Shown here in pieces: positions 24,503-36,552 of a DNA stretch of 64,000 bases. How positions within the stretch are numbered: position 1 is the stretch's first letter; every line of letters begins with the position of its first letter. This stretch comes from Lepidodermella squamata. Its lineage: Eukaryota; Animalia; Gastrotricha. The stretch is taken from NCBI GenBank assembly GCA_047495785.1, contig JBLDXI010000046.1, forward strand, positions 1,426,001-1,490,000, given 5' to 3'. Made by a program: the position numbers and the translations under genes. The notes under the pieces were generated by a model, which made no database searches, was not told the origin of the DNA, and saw only the letters and a list, made by a program, of their open reading frames with translations.

Positions 24503-26571
24503 ATGTCGAAGATTTTAGTTTTTGGAATCGTTTGTTCGGCATTTTACTTAGGATCTTCAGCTGAAGAGAAGCAATGGCCAGTTTCTGTGTCAAACAGCTC
24601 CCAAATTCTGCAGAAATTAAAGCTGGATTTGTTCAATTATTGCCCACTGTTGGCCTCGAGGAATCTTCCCGTCGAGATTGGTTTGAGGTCAAATTTTACT
24701 TCAAAGACTCGACTTGTGGTAGAGCTAAGTCTACTGAGATTCGTCGGGATCGATGACCTTCAGAAAAGTTTATCAGTGTATGCACAGGTAACAATTTACT
24801 GGGATATACCTTGCGCGGAGGAGGCAAACACTCGCCTAGCTGCTAGCGTCAACTTCGACAATATTTTCCGCGTTTATTTCCCGCTAAAATCGAACGAAAC
24901 TTGGTATCCGAAAATTATCCATCAGAATGCTATGATTGATTCACTTCCTTTTGAAAGGTATTTTCGACATGAACGCCCAAGCATTTAATGGCAATAACTT
25001 TTCCAGATTCACCAAAGAATTGATAGCACTTCCTTTGACAGACCCGCCCACTGTTGTTATCCGGCCTCGTTTGATTTTTGACAGTGCCTGTGACAAATTC
25101 AGCTTTCGTCGCTTCCCGTTTGACAACCTTGAATGTTCCATCGTCTTCGAATTTTTCGACGATTCCGCTTTGTTGCGAGCTGATCCAGATTGGATAAAAT
25201 TTGGAATTGATCCATCGAGCGTATTCGGAGACGATGCAGACATTTGGCAGCTGGATGCACTCAACTGGACAATTCAAATTTCAAATAGGACGACAGGCGA
25301 ATACGAAACCTTGTACTTCACCTTCTACTTTCATCGCCGATACCAATACTACGTCTGCAACATTTTTCTACCAATAATCACACTGATTGCTATTCAAATT
25401 TCCGCCTTATTCATGCAGCCAGATGCGCCGGATCGAGCTGCATTTTGCGTCACTACCGTTCTTTCTTTCTCAGTTGTCATTAACATGGTTTCGTCGTACA
25501 TCCCACAAACCTCGGAATCTATCTACTTGATGTTCATATTATGGTGCTTTCACAAATGCGTCCGACGGTGAAAACTTCGGCTAGCAACTCGCAAACTTCG
25601 GCAGAGTGAAGCGAAACGTCGGAGAGCGTTATCAGTGGCACTTCGGACGCGCGCGCGCGGTCGGGCGCCCGAAGTCTCTATTGTTTAGTCGCCGAAGTTG
25701 CTGAGTGTCACGCACTAGAGCGCGCGTGCACGCGAGTGGCAGGCTAGGTACCGGGGTCAGGCAAAAAAATTTCTATTTCAGCGTAAATGCTGAATTCAAC
25801 TAAATAATGAGACGTGAAATGCGATGCGGATCATAAAAATCTAAATTTCATCGAAAAATTATGTGATTAAGACGCATGATTTGCATATCATCAATTTTTT
25901 CTTGCCGCGCCGAGCGCGGTTTCGCCGGCCTTAGTTTTTCGGCGTGCGCGGCTCCAAAAAAATTGAAAAATCGGTAAATTTCGAACTCATTTTCATGACT
26001 CATCGTAATTCAAGACGGCTTGAGTGTTTTACAGCCAGTCAAGCAGTCAAATGGCCGCACGAGCGCGCGCGCGCTTGTGTCTATTGGTGCGCGTGTAATA
26101 ATAGTGCGCGCTACAAACTTCGGTTCGGACGCACTTCGGACGGTAGTTTTGGGGGCCTCCGATCCGACGTTCTTTGTTGTGCGTGCGCGCGCCGCGTCGG
26201 ACGCGCTATTGTTTAAACTTCGGGCGCGCGGGCCGAAGTGCGCGCGTTTGTGAAAGAAAATCTAAACGTCGGACAACTATTACGCTACTTCGGGTGCCTA
26301 TTACGAAACTTCGGGCGCCGAAAACGTCGGACGCTCGTCGGACGCATTTGTGAAAGCACCATTAGCGACGAAAATCGTTCTTGGGGCTACTTTGACAATC
26401 TATTCACTAATATCGAGCATTTTAGCAACGTCCAAATCATGGATCAGGAAAGTAAGCATGGGCAAGCTTAAAATATCCTTAATTAGGATTCTGGACTTGA
26501 TCGTAGCTCTTATATCAGTGTTAATCATCGTTATAACCTATGTCGTTTGTTTATATGGAATGCTGGCCTAA
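24503..26571 (+). pseudogene. Divergent Cys-loop ligand-gated ion channel subunit, interrupted in TM3 by an 820-bp MITE (exons 24503-24957, 25007-25541 | 26365-26571)
   Basis: Signal peptide, LSLLRFVGIDD, WYPKI, Cys-loop CDKFSFRRFPFDNLEC, RR..YYVCNIFLP (TM1), DRAAFCVTTVLS (TM2). Removing the element and one TTA restores an in-frame TM3-TM4 ending at the stop at 26571. Confidence 0.85.
25542..26361. mobile_element. PIF/Harbinger (Tourist-like) MITE, 820 bp, TTA target-site duplication
   Basis: Perfect 26-bp TIR TGGTGCTTTCACAAATGCGTCCGACG; TTA at 25539-41 and 26362-64; GC-rich internal subrepeats; no transposase. Confidence 0.92.
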
Positions 26572-26762
26572 AAAAGCTGTTCTTAATGCTTCATGCCAAC
26601 ACTAATCCAGAGTAAAAAAAACTAAAATATTGTTGTTTTATGGTGGCTCGCCATATTAAATCATGAAGGTTCCGAGGATCAGCGTAAATCAATAACGTCT
26701 CTAGTCCTACTTCAGTTATAAACCCTGAATTAGCTTTTGCCGAAGGCATATTGCTTGAGGAA

Positions 26763-27755
26763 ATGTTCAAAATCGTTCATATTTTAGCTGTGTTAAGCAT
26801 CGTTAGCTTTTGTCATGCGGCACTGCCAAGGTTACCGTTACATACAGAAACTTATGAAGAAATTGCAGCACGTTGCCTAAAGCCCAAAGATTCGGGCAGC
26901 TCGAGGTGTAACAAGCAGCAAGAACGCTACTACTATGACGAAGGCCTGAAGCGCTGCGCCACGTTCCAGTACTCGGGATGCGACGGCAACAGCAATAACT
27001 ACGCCAGTGAAATTGATTGTTACAATAATTGCCGTGACTCGTGGATGGCCAGGGTCGACCGGAAGTTTCTGAAGACCGCCCGCTGCTTCAACCCAATACC
27101 GTCGGCCAATGTTTCGTGCAATCCCGGAACGAATTCTACAGAAGCTTATCGTTTCAGCAAGCGAGTGCAGCGTTGCGTTAAATTCACCTACGCAGGCTGC
27201 GGCGGTAATCCGAACTATTTCGCCACCGAAGCTCTATGCCAAGAAGTGTGCGAGAATCAGCAGCTGGCAACTACTACCGCGAAAGCAAGCAGACCGTCCA
27301 GAAAGCTAATTTCCAAGCCTAACTGGGTTCAAGACAGCCGATGCAGGCAGGGAGGCCGGTTGCAACAGCATAACATGGAGAACTTCGATTTCACCGCCTG
27401 CTATACGACAACATTGACCCCGAAATACGTCTACATAGCGTTCTGGAGAGCTTGCAGGCGTATCGTTTTCTTCAACTGCCCAGGGCGTCCTGATCTCAAC
27501 CTGTTCGATGATGAAGTAACTTGCAAGAATTCCTGCTTACCACGTAAGTCCTAAAGAACTTTCGCGACTTCATTAATTAATTCAAAACTGTTATAAGCTG
27601 CACCAACTACTGTGACCACAACCTTGAGATTGTCGACCACCACAACTTCAACTACAACCACAGCACCAAAATCCACGGCACTTTCAACGACAGTTTCTGC
27701 AGTCAAAAAGGTCCAGCGTGGCTTTGAACTTCCGTTTCTCGGGATCAAAATCTGA
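26763..27755 (+). CDS. Secreted protein with three Kunitz/BPTI domains and a Thr-rich tail (exons 26763-27543, 27598-27755)
   Basis: Signal peptide; RYYYD...C..FQYSGCDGNSNNY; C.KFTYAGCGGNPNYF; a third divergent 6-Cys domain; TATAAA about 45 nt upstream and AATAAA at 27801. Confidence 0.9.
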
Positions 27756-27862
27756 GAGAAAGGCTCGTTGAAAAAGCGATCAAATTTATTGTGGTAGAAA
27801 AATAAACTAACAGGACTACAAGTATTTTGGAACGTTATCATAGCAATCACCGAGTTTCACTG

Positions 27863-28833
27863 TCACCCTTTGATAATCTCCTGTGCTAGCCAAGCTTCCT
27901 CGTCGACTTCTTTCTGCAACTGACCGATGAACGTGTCCACTTTGCCCTTCAAATTCGATAGAGTTCTCGTGAGCAAAGGTTGCGTTGCAAGAATGTCGAA
28001 TTTGTCCTCTCCCCTAGCTTTTTGCCGCGAGCCTAGGAATGAAATATCGAAGCCTAACGAATCGTTATTGCTGTCGGAGGTCATCGGCAGACGTAAACTT
28101 GTCGTTAGGTCTAATTTATCGTGCTTATCATGCGCTTGGCTAGAATTGTCAGCTTCATCCTCAGTTTCGCCATTCTGCTGAGCGAATTTTGCATCCGTCA
28201 AACCGCCAGATCCGGATTGCAACTCGGGAGCTGTGTTTGGCATCATTTCCGCCAATCGTTCGCTACTCCTCGACTTCGATAGCAAAGGGAAGAGGCACTC
28301 AACTGGCATTCTGTCGAAGGTTTTCACCACCTCGCCAGTTTTACTGTCCACCTTGTAGATATTTACGGATCTAAAAGGTCAAACCTTAATCTGGTATCTT
28401 GGTAAACATTGAAATTTTGTTACCTGAATGAATTTTTATCGAAACCAAAAACTTCTCGCTGCCTTGCAATCCGGCGCTCGAGGAGTAAAACATCAGTACT
28501 TCGACGAGCTTTCGGTGATTTTGCCCTGACATCCTGCATCGAGTGTACGCCCATGTTTTTGAGGTCCAAAGCTAGTAGGTCAGGATCACTTGCGTACCGT
28601 TTTGGCTCGGATCTGTGTCTCGCCTTTTCATGCATCAATCGAACTCGACAGGCTTCGATGTCTTTGATAGCTAGTTGCTGCTTGACAAACATGGTGCGCA
28701 CCTCCTTCTTGGCGCCGCAGATTAGCGCCAGGTTGCGCCCACGTAGGCCGGACGAAAATTCTGAGCTCAGTGTTGTGCGAGTTTTCAGCGCGTATTCTAA
28801 TTTATTCCTCGGATTTTTTTCTAATCCGGGCAT
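27863..28833 (-). CDS. Uncharacterised ~300-aa hydrophilic protein, 2 exons
   Basis: Two ORFs are joined in phase by a GT-AG intron (SFR|SVNIYKVD). An in-frame stop precedes the ATG at 28833. No recognisable domain. Confidence 0.6.
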
Positions 28834-29142
28834 GCTTTATAGGTATTTATTCAAACAGCGACAGCAGCTGTCAAATTTGCGGAGATAAAAAAATGATTGA
28901 TAGGACGATGATGATGATGATGATGGCGATAATGGAGGAAGGTAAAATATTTTTAGAACACACGCTCGAACAACCAATTAAATTCTAAGCAACGGCTGAT
29001 ATGAATACTGGCGATTCAATGTTCTTTGACCCTGCGTTGAATAGAATGTCGGTTGTTCACTAGCTCAAAGGACTCATTGAGTTTCGGCGGATATCATCAA
29101 AAGGCTGCGTCACACCTCATTTTTTACTTCTAAAAATACCAA

Positions 29143-32055
29143 TCAGTTCTTGATACCTTTCTGAATGAGAAGCCGAACTAGATCGTAGTGGTCGTTTTCA
29201 AAGGCGAGCCGAAGAGCTGTCTTGCCATTCTTGTCTTTCAGCGTCGCGTCGGCGCCTCGTGAGACTAGCAAATCAGCAGCCGCTAGTTGGCCGTTCAAAC
29301 ACGCGCACATCAAAGGAGTCCGCTCGTTCTTGAGAGTAACCGCGTTCATCATAATAGGCTTCCGATCGAGTAACATTTTCATCAAGACAAGTTGAGGAAT
29401 TGTCACGGTTGTATCTTTCGTGGTTGATTTGTTCGAGGTTGAAGTCGACCGGCCTGATCTTGCTGAGTAGATACTTCCCGGGGTCTCACTTCGTTCTCTG
29501 GGTGTTAGCCGGCTGTCATCCTGCTTACTATTCCTGCCACTTACTTTGACTGAATCTTTCCCAGTCCCTTGGATAGTGAACGCACCATTCCCATAAGCCG
29601 CAGCGACGTGAAGTGGAGTGTAGCCTTGTTCGTCCAGTGACTCAAGCTTCGCTCCAGCCGAAATCAGTATGTGAGCGACATTAGGCTGGCTGAATTGAGC
29701 AGCTAGATGCAAAGCCGTCGCTTTCTTCCGATCATCCACCAATTCGAGATTAGCGTTACATTCAATCAGCGCCTTGATGAAATCCGTATGGCCCCACTGC
29801 GCAGCCATGTGAAGGGCTGATCTGCCGTACTGCCCTCCTTTCACGTTGACATTTGCACCATGTTTCACCAGCATCCTCAAAATCTCTGTTCGGCCACGAA
29901 TTGCGGCCCAGTGAATCGGGCATAGGTTGTTACGATCCCTGGGATGTATACTAACCTTTCTCGCAAGAAACATTTCAGTCAACGTGATTCTGTTGAACCA
30001 AACCGCGAGATGAAGAGGGGTTGCCAAATTTTCATCGTCCTGAACCTCCATATTCGCTCTACTCAGGAGGACCGAGACACATTGCGTGTAATCCTTAGTT
30101 ACAGCATCATGAAGAGCCGTCCTACCGATACGTGAATCCTTCGTCCCAGTGTCAGTGCTTCGCGAGAGTAAGAATGACAAAACTGCGGGTTGATTACCAA
30201 GCACTGCGTAGTGAATCGGGGCATCTCCAGCTACATCTCGGGCTGACTTATCAGCGCCGCTGTTAATCAGGTATTTGACACATTCGAGGCGACCGAAGAA
30301 GCAGGCGAAATGCAAAGGCGTCGCGCCGTTACTGCTATCCCTTCCGTCGATAAAAGCACCATATTTTAACAAACTAGCAAGAGCGACACTGTGCCCATAC
30401 CTTAAGATGATACGAAAAAGGGTATGTTGATCGGAAATCATGCTTCACAACTTACTGGGCAGCTAGATGAATCGCAGATCGTCCAGTTGGGCCTGAGTAT
30501 CTGAAATCAGCCGTGTAGTTCGATATTAGATCTATCACAATCGCATGGCCATATATTGCCGCCACTTGAATTACGGAATAAGAGTGATAAGTCGTTTTCT
30601 GGTCGAGCTTAGCACCGTGTTCAAACAGAACGGGAATGCAATTCGAAGAGCCAAACATTGCGGCCAAATGAATCGCAGCACCTCCAATCTCGCTTTCGCG
30701 CAACTCGAGGAGATGAGACCCATCAGATTCTCCATTCGTATGGCCGAGTAACAACTCAACCACGCCGACTTGGTCGCCCTCGATTGCGCGATGTAACGGG
30801 GTGCGTTCGTGTTGGCCCTTTGAATCCAGATCTGCGCCTTTGTTTATCAAATACTTGACCAAATTGAAATTGCCGTGGTAGCAGGCGAGATGAAGCGCCG
30901 TCCATGCGTATGAATTCTTCCAGTCAATCATGTGCGGACATTTTGCGAGTAGAAGATCCGCAGCTTCGTTATTGCCTGATATTGCTGCCAGGTGGAGGCA
31001 AGTATTCGCATTGTCGTCCCGGCTGTCTACCAATTGTTCCGCAACACCTTCAACTTGAAGCAGCTCCTCGGCGCAGAAACAGCTCCTCTGCTCGCAGGCT
31101 CGGTGCAAAGCCGTCCTTCCTTGGTTACCCCGAACGAAAGCATCCGCGCCCTTTGAAATCAAGTATTTCACGATGTGATACTGATTCTCCTGAGCTGCTG
31201 CGATCAAAGCCGTGTCGCCGCAATCGTTCAAGCTGTCGATATTAGCCCCTTGAGCTAGTAGGTCAGCAATTAGGGTGGCATGGCCGAATCTTGCGGCAAG
31301 GTGAATAGGCCGATCGCCGTAGATGCCACCATCGGATTCTTCGATAAAAAGTTTGGCCTTGTTGCCACTTTTCAATATGAACTCGCGTAAAAGAGTTGGG
31401 TCGCCCTTTGTGGAAAAATGGCAAGGTTCAAAGTCGAAGGAATCTTTGAATAAATGATAGGTACTTACCGTTTGAGCTGCCCAATGAATCGTACTGCGGC
31501 CTGATTTAGCCTGTATGAATCAATGAAAACCTGATGAGCATTTGATTGATGTTTATTGACATTTTAAGGGATGTACCAAGTGCCAAATGCCAGTTATCCA
31601 AAAATTTGATTTTTTCGAGGTCATAATTTGAATTCCTATTTTTTATTAGCACCTTACAGACAGATTTACATTTCCTGCTATGCGAGGTTCTTATAAAGGT
31701 TATATTACAGCCTGCAGATCCGATATCGATTTCAAATATCGATTTTGCAAATCAGTGATTTTTCCGATACCAAAAGTCTTGGAGACCAATATTGAAATAA
31801 TTTCCCCTAGCTTATGGTACCGGGTTGTAGAGTTCAGAGTTATTAATTGCCTCATCAATGGTCGAAAAAGGCCGAAAATGCCGAAAAACCTCAAGAATTT
31901 TAAATACCCAGGCTGTCTTTAATTAAGCGCTGGAACCTCAATTATAGTGGTGCAAAGATTTGACCCAATTTTCAAGATGAGAATCTAACGCCAGCGATTT
32001 TAGCCGTGGGTTCGAAAATGCTCACCTGGTTTCCATTTGGTAGAGGAGAAGACAT
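29143..32055 (-). CDS. Long ankyrin-repeat protein (~20 repeats); exons about 32055-32026, 31510-31469, 31407-30456, 30400-29143; exact 3' end uncertain
   Basis: Serial G.TPLH.AA..G motifs and phase-consistent junctions (GNQ|AKSGRSTIHWAAQT|GDPT; AAQ|YGH). Confidence 0.88.
31691..31968 (-). repeat. Dispersed repeat family, copy 3 (in ankyrin gene intron 1)
   Basis: Reverse-complement homolog of 22971-23212. Confidence 0.75.
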
Positions 32056-33198
32056 TATCTTGGAATATTGCGGCTAGGCGCTTCAAGCCAGAAACCTACT
32101 ATGCGTTTTAATCGCTCAAATATTTTGTCCTTCGGTGGCTACGTAGCGCATTTCACATATATTGAAGCGTGTAAGTTAATGAATGAATAATTGAAGTTGC
32201 AAAGCAAACTAGCTGCTGCCGTATCCCAAGGCCTACGCGTAATATTAATCAACATCCAGGCGAGAAACAATAACAGCAGCAGCAGCGTATCAAAGCGAAC
32301 AGAGGTCTCTTACGACTGAAAAGTAGCTCTTTAATAATAACAATATTTCCCTTTCTTGGCTGATCGATTCCAATAAAAAAAAATGGTCACTTGAGGTGAA
32401 TGGGATAATTGCGCGCAAAATCGAGCGTCCTGCAATCGATACCTATATGGCGCCATCGATCTCGCAAAAAAATGCAATTATTTTTCCTGTCTCAATTTCC
32501 TTATAACCGGTAAAAAAACACCGACCTAATTTTTCGAACATTTAATTTTTATTTTTTCATTCATTATTCTCTCGCTTCATTCTTTACATGCCAGCCAAAA
32601 CTCGTTCGGTCATGCCAATAGAGGTACAAAACATAGATTAAAAACAAGGTCATCAGTATTTTACAGTAAAACAATATCATAATACAGCATTAACAAAAAA
32701 ATACAAATAAGTAAACAAAATGAATTGTGTATGCTTTTTTTCCTGGCACTGCGATGCGTCAATCGACGCGCTCTTTTGCGGCTATAAGCTAGTTTGATGC
32801 GTAACGTATGCCGCAATCAATCATTTTTTAACGGCAAAAACGTGAAAATTGTTGTGATGCAAAAATATGGCGCCTCGATTTGACGCTCAGACAAAAATTA
32901 AGTGCCTCGATTTTGTTTACCGGGTGATTTCGCGTGAGGAGGAAAGAACAAGAAAGATTCAACCAACATTTTACAGTGATAAAATTCGACCAGCAACAAA
33001 AAAGAGTTAGCAATTCCAACAATATTAAAGAATGTATCACAGATGATTATTCCAGCGTTAGTTGTAGTTTACGAAGAGAGAACGAGATTTTGAAACACAT
33101 TTTCGAGCAGAGAAAAAATGTTCCGTTCATGCACAAGATTAGACGGTAGCTGAAATCGCGAGCAGAGAATGTTAAAACGCTAAATTTTACTGAAAATT

Positions 33199-34676
33199 CT
33201 ATCTGCGCCTAAAACTTCTTCGACGACTCGCAATTTCAGTCATCATAATCTCGGAAAATTTCGACTCTAAACGAGGTTGCATAGTTGTAGATGTTAAAGC
33301 TGGTTTCGACCGGGTACCAAAGCCTTGATGATAGCACAAATGACTTCTCAGGCTTTCGCCTATTAACCGTAATTTCGCTAGGAAATCGTCGATACATCGA
33401 GAAATATCTGCCGCTGATTGCGGATAGCCATTCTTCTGTCGCATTTCCGCACGGTTTCTGCAGTAATTTGCCGCGCATTTACGGCCTTCTCTCTTTCGAG
33501 TAGTTGCTGCAGGAGTTGTGGTTGTGGTTGAAGTGGTTGTAGTAGTTGTCGCTGTAGGAGTTAAATGCGTCGATGTTAATCGGAGTTTAGTTGTTGAATA
33601 AGTTATGCAGTCTTCACTTCCATCAACACCGCAGTTGTACTCGCGAGCTTCCCGCCAAGCATAGCAACCACTCGGAGGTGGTGAACAGCCCTCAACTGGG
33701 CCGTCTTGGTCAGACCATGGAATCGTTATCACATCAGAACGGGTCGCCCTTAATCGAGTAGTCATCGCTAGCGCTCGTCTAGGACCAGTTGTTGTTAAAT
33801 AAACGTTTCCACTCAAGCCTTGTTGATTTCGACACCATGTTCGATTAGAAACAACCACACGTTCGAAAACGCAATCGTGATTATCTCTCTAGAATTCGAA
33901 ACTAATTAAATTTGACCAAAATTAATCAGATAACTCACATTAGTATAGAATTCTAAAGGCACAGAATAAACGGAGCCATTTCCTGGATGAACGCAAAGTG
34001 TCCTGTTGGCTTTTCTGTTGATAAATTGATACAAATGTGATTTGTATCTGAAGACTGCGAATAAATCGGCTAAAATTCAGAAATAAGATGAACATCAACG
34101 CTGCCTAGCTCAACACTTACTATATTCAGTTGATTGCCGAACATTTCCCGCTATTCTGAAACCTTCAGGCAGACTTGAATCGGGAATCATATTGAGGAAG
34201 GCGCTGATAAGATGCGAACTACACTGCTCACGATAAAAATACTGGAAATGGAGAGCTTGTCTAGAATGCCGCGCTTGGGATTCTGCTATACTAGAGTCTC
34301 CACTTCGAAGAAGTAATTCTGGAAATTTATCATTGGATTCATCGTTAATAGCTGCGAGAAGGTCATCCTCATCGGCTTCGGATAGATAACTGTCATATAA
34401 ACTTTTTCTGCTGCTAAGAAGTAAACTGCTCAGAGTACGTTGCCACCTGAGTTCGCTCTCATCTGACTTTCTCGATGGCGTCCGAGACACCTTTTCGGAA
34501 TCCAGAGTAGTAAGTGCTGGTATCCGCAAATCAGGAATCTGTCCTGTGCTGCTGATAAACCGTAATTCGTCATGAACGCGGTGAGCAAGAACAAAGCGAA
34601 CGTGGAGCATCGATGGATCCATAGTGGCAACAACTGATATTAGTAGTTTCAATATAAAAGGATAAATTTCCATCAT
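33199..34676 (-). CDS. Divergent fibroblast growth factor (FGF8/17/18-like) with long N- and C-terminal extensions; exons 34676-34121, 34069-33939, 33888-33199
   Basis: Spliced core YFYREQCSSHL...RIAG...EY|TDLF...YQFINRKANRTLCVHPGNGSVYS...TN|RDNHDCVFERVV...LAMT resembles the FGF beta-trefoil. The two introns (phase 1, then phase 0) sit at the conserved FGF positions. The N-terminus is hydrophobic. Confidence 0.7.
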
Positions 34677-36552
34677 GAACACATCCTATGAAAAGAAAAT
34701 CGAGAATACAATTGATAAAAAAAACATCAATGCAAATCTGCAGAATCCAAGATTGGACTCGCCCATTATACATCGAATCAAAGTATGCATTGATTCTCTT
34801 GACAGTACACCGTATACATCTAAGATTTTTAACGCAAACATTTCTTCAGCTGAAGCCCAAAGCTAGAAGCTCGAAGCCAAAAACCTCTGATCGGCTTGCC
34901 AAGCGATTCATCAATTTTGAAAATGTCCCGCCTTCAATAAAACGAATTGCTGTTTTTACAGTTAAAATTTATATTTAAGTTACAATTGAATACATCTGAT
35001 TTGTGGTAGTTCTTCACATTTATTATTTGTTTAGCCTTCGAAAGTCTTCGAAAGAAGTTGGGTTCGAAAATCTCGATCTCGAACCGAAATCTTGTCTTCA
35101 GATTCCCGATTGACTTCCAACTTCTAGCCCACTAATATCGCTCTTCGCTCCCACTTACCCGCGCTCCCAGTACCCGATCAGCGGATATTTGCAATTTTGT
35201 TGGGGTGCTGTGGCGCAGATTAGGTCCGAGTTAGCCTTCGCCTAGACACCGTGGGGTGTAGATTGAGTGAATTTACGAAAGGGTCTTCCCCCATTTGGTT
35301 ACTTAACATAAAATGCGCAATTGTGCATTTGTGTTCCGCTCTTTCTCATTTAGTTGTCGGTTGAAACCAGATTCACTTTGATTTGTTTGCGGTTGAGTTT
35401 ATGCATGAGTAAGAAAAAAAGCGGAAATAGCACATAGCGCTCGCTAATCAATGCCATGACCCTGATCTGTGAAAAAATGAAAACCTGCTTTGCGCTTGGA
35501 GAGCGAAAAATCCTGGGATCAGTAAATTTTTAATCGTGAGCCTTGTTTAAGGTTTATGCCGGCTGTTGGCTGTTTGATGTTGTGCTAATTGCTTGAAGGT
35601 TGCAAGAAATTGGCTTCATATACTGAATGAGTGCCTTCGTTAGATTATCAAAAAAGGCGCAGTTCGCAAGTATAGCTACACTGGCTGAATATTGAACGAT
35701 TAATCAATCCTATCAATCATCAGTCCAGATGCAAAAAGTGGCGAGCAGGCGTCAAATTGTATCCTCTAGGCTGTTTCTTGCCCACGAATATCTTAATCTT
35801 GTGCATTATGTGAAGTATGGCTCTTTGATGCTCCCATCGACCCTTACAATTATTGCACGCTGATGTTTAAGTGACGATTCTTGATCTGATCTGATCTGTG
35901 TTCTTTAAATTGACAACCAAGTCATTATGCCTTATGCTTGAAGATAGGATTTGTACCAATATAATTTGTTTGCGCATTACCAGACGAAGCTTATTTTATT
36001 TATCTTGCTCATCTAGTCTAGTTGAAGAAGGGAATTCTGGTCGAGAAGAGAATTTATATGCGAAATTTTTATATGCCCGCTGCATTCCTTAGTTTATTCA
36101 AATGTCATAAGTTGAAAATATCAACTTTCCCGCAAGTAAGAATTTCGAACTGTTGATGCTCTGTTAACAAGGCTTGCTGGAAAATATTTTAATTTAACTT
36201 GAAACGATGTTAGAAAATAGGGTTGCCATCATCAGATCTTGCAAGGGACTGAGTTGCGAGAAGATCCTGAAAATATTTGTCTGTTAGTGAGAGTGAGAGT
36301 TGAAATGATTCGATTTATATCAAGCATGGCTGTGCTCGATTTGTTGATGGATGAACTCCGCGTTTTGGTACTTACTAAAACTGATATTCCCTTCCCAGGT
36401 GTACCCTATCTATCAAGTTCACTAGCGAGAATTTTATGAATGAAAAAATCAGTAATGCGGTTTTGTGTTCTTGTTTTCAACTACTACCGTTCTGTTAATG
36501 ACTGAAATCGATCATTTGTTATTTATAGATCCTCTATTATAGAAAAATTGAA

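Noticed and set aside
24936-25006. Apparent frameshift between the two Cys-loop ORFs
   Set aside because: Fully explained by a 49-nt GT-AG intron (24958-25006) giving FER|FTKEL in frame.
25542-26365. MITE acting as an introner via GT in the TIR and AG at the TSD
   Set aside because: Splicing GT 25544 to AG 26365 leaves a +1 frameshift. An in-frame solution needs a very weak GC donor (GCTTTC).
28833-29160. Fusion of the ankyrin gene with the downstream orphan ORF
   Set aside because: The phase-1 donor after QK does not join the downstream frame in phase, and an in-frame TAA precedes ATG 28833.
35200-35270. tRNA/SINE-like start (TGGCGCAGATTAGG A-box-like)
   Set aside because: No B box (GTTCRA) and no cloverleaf.
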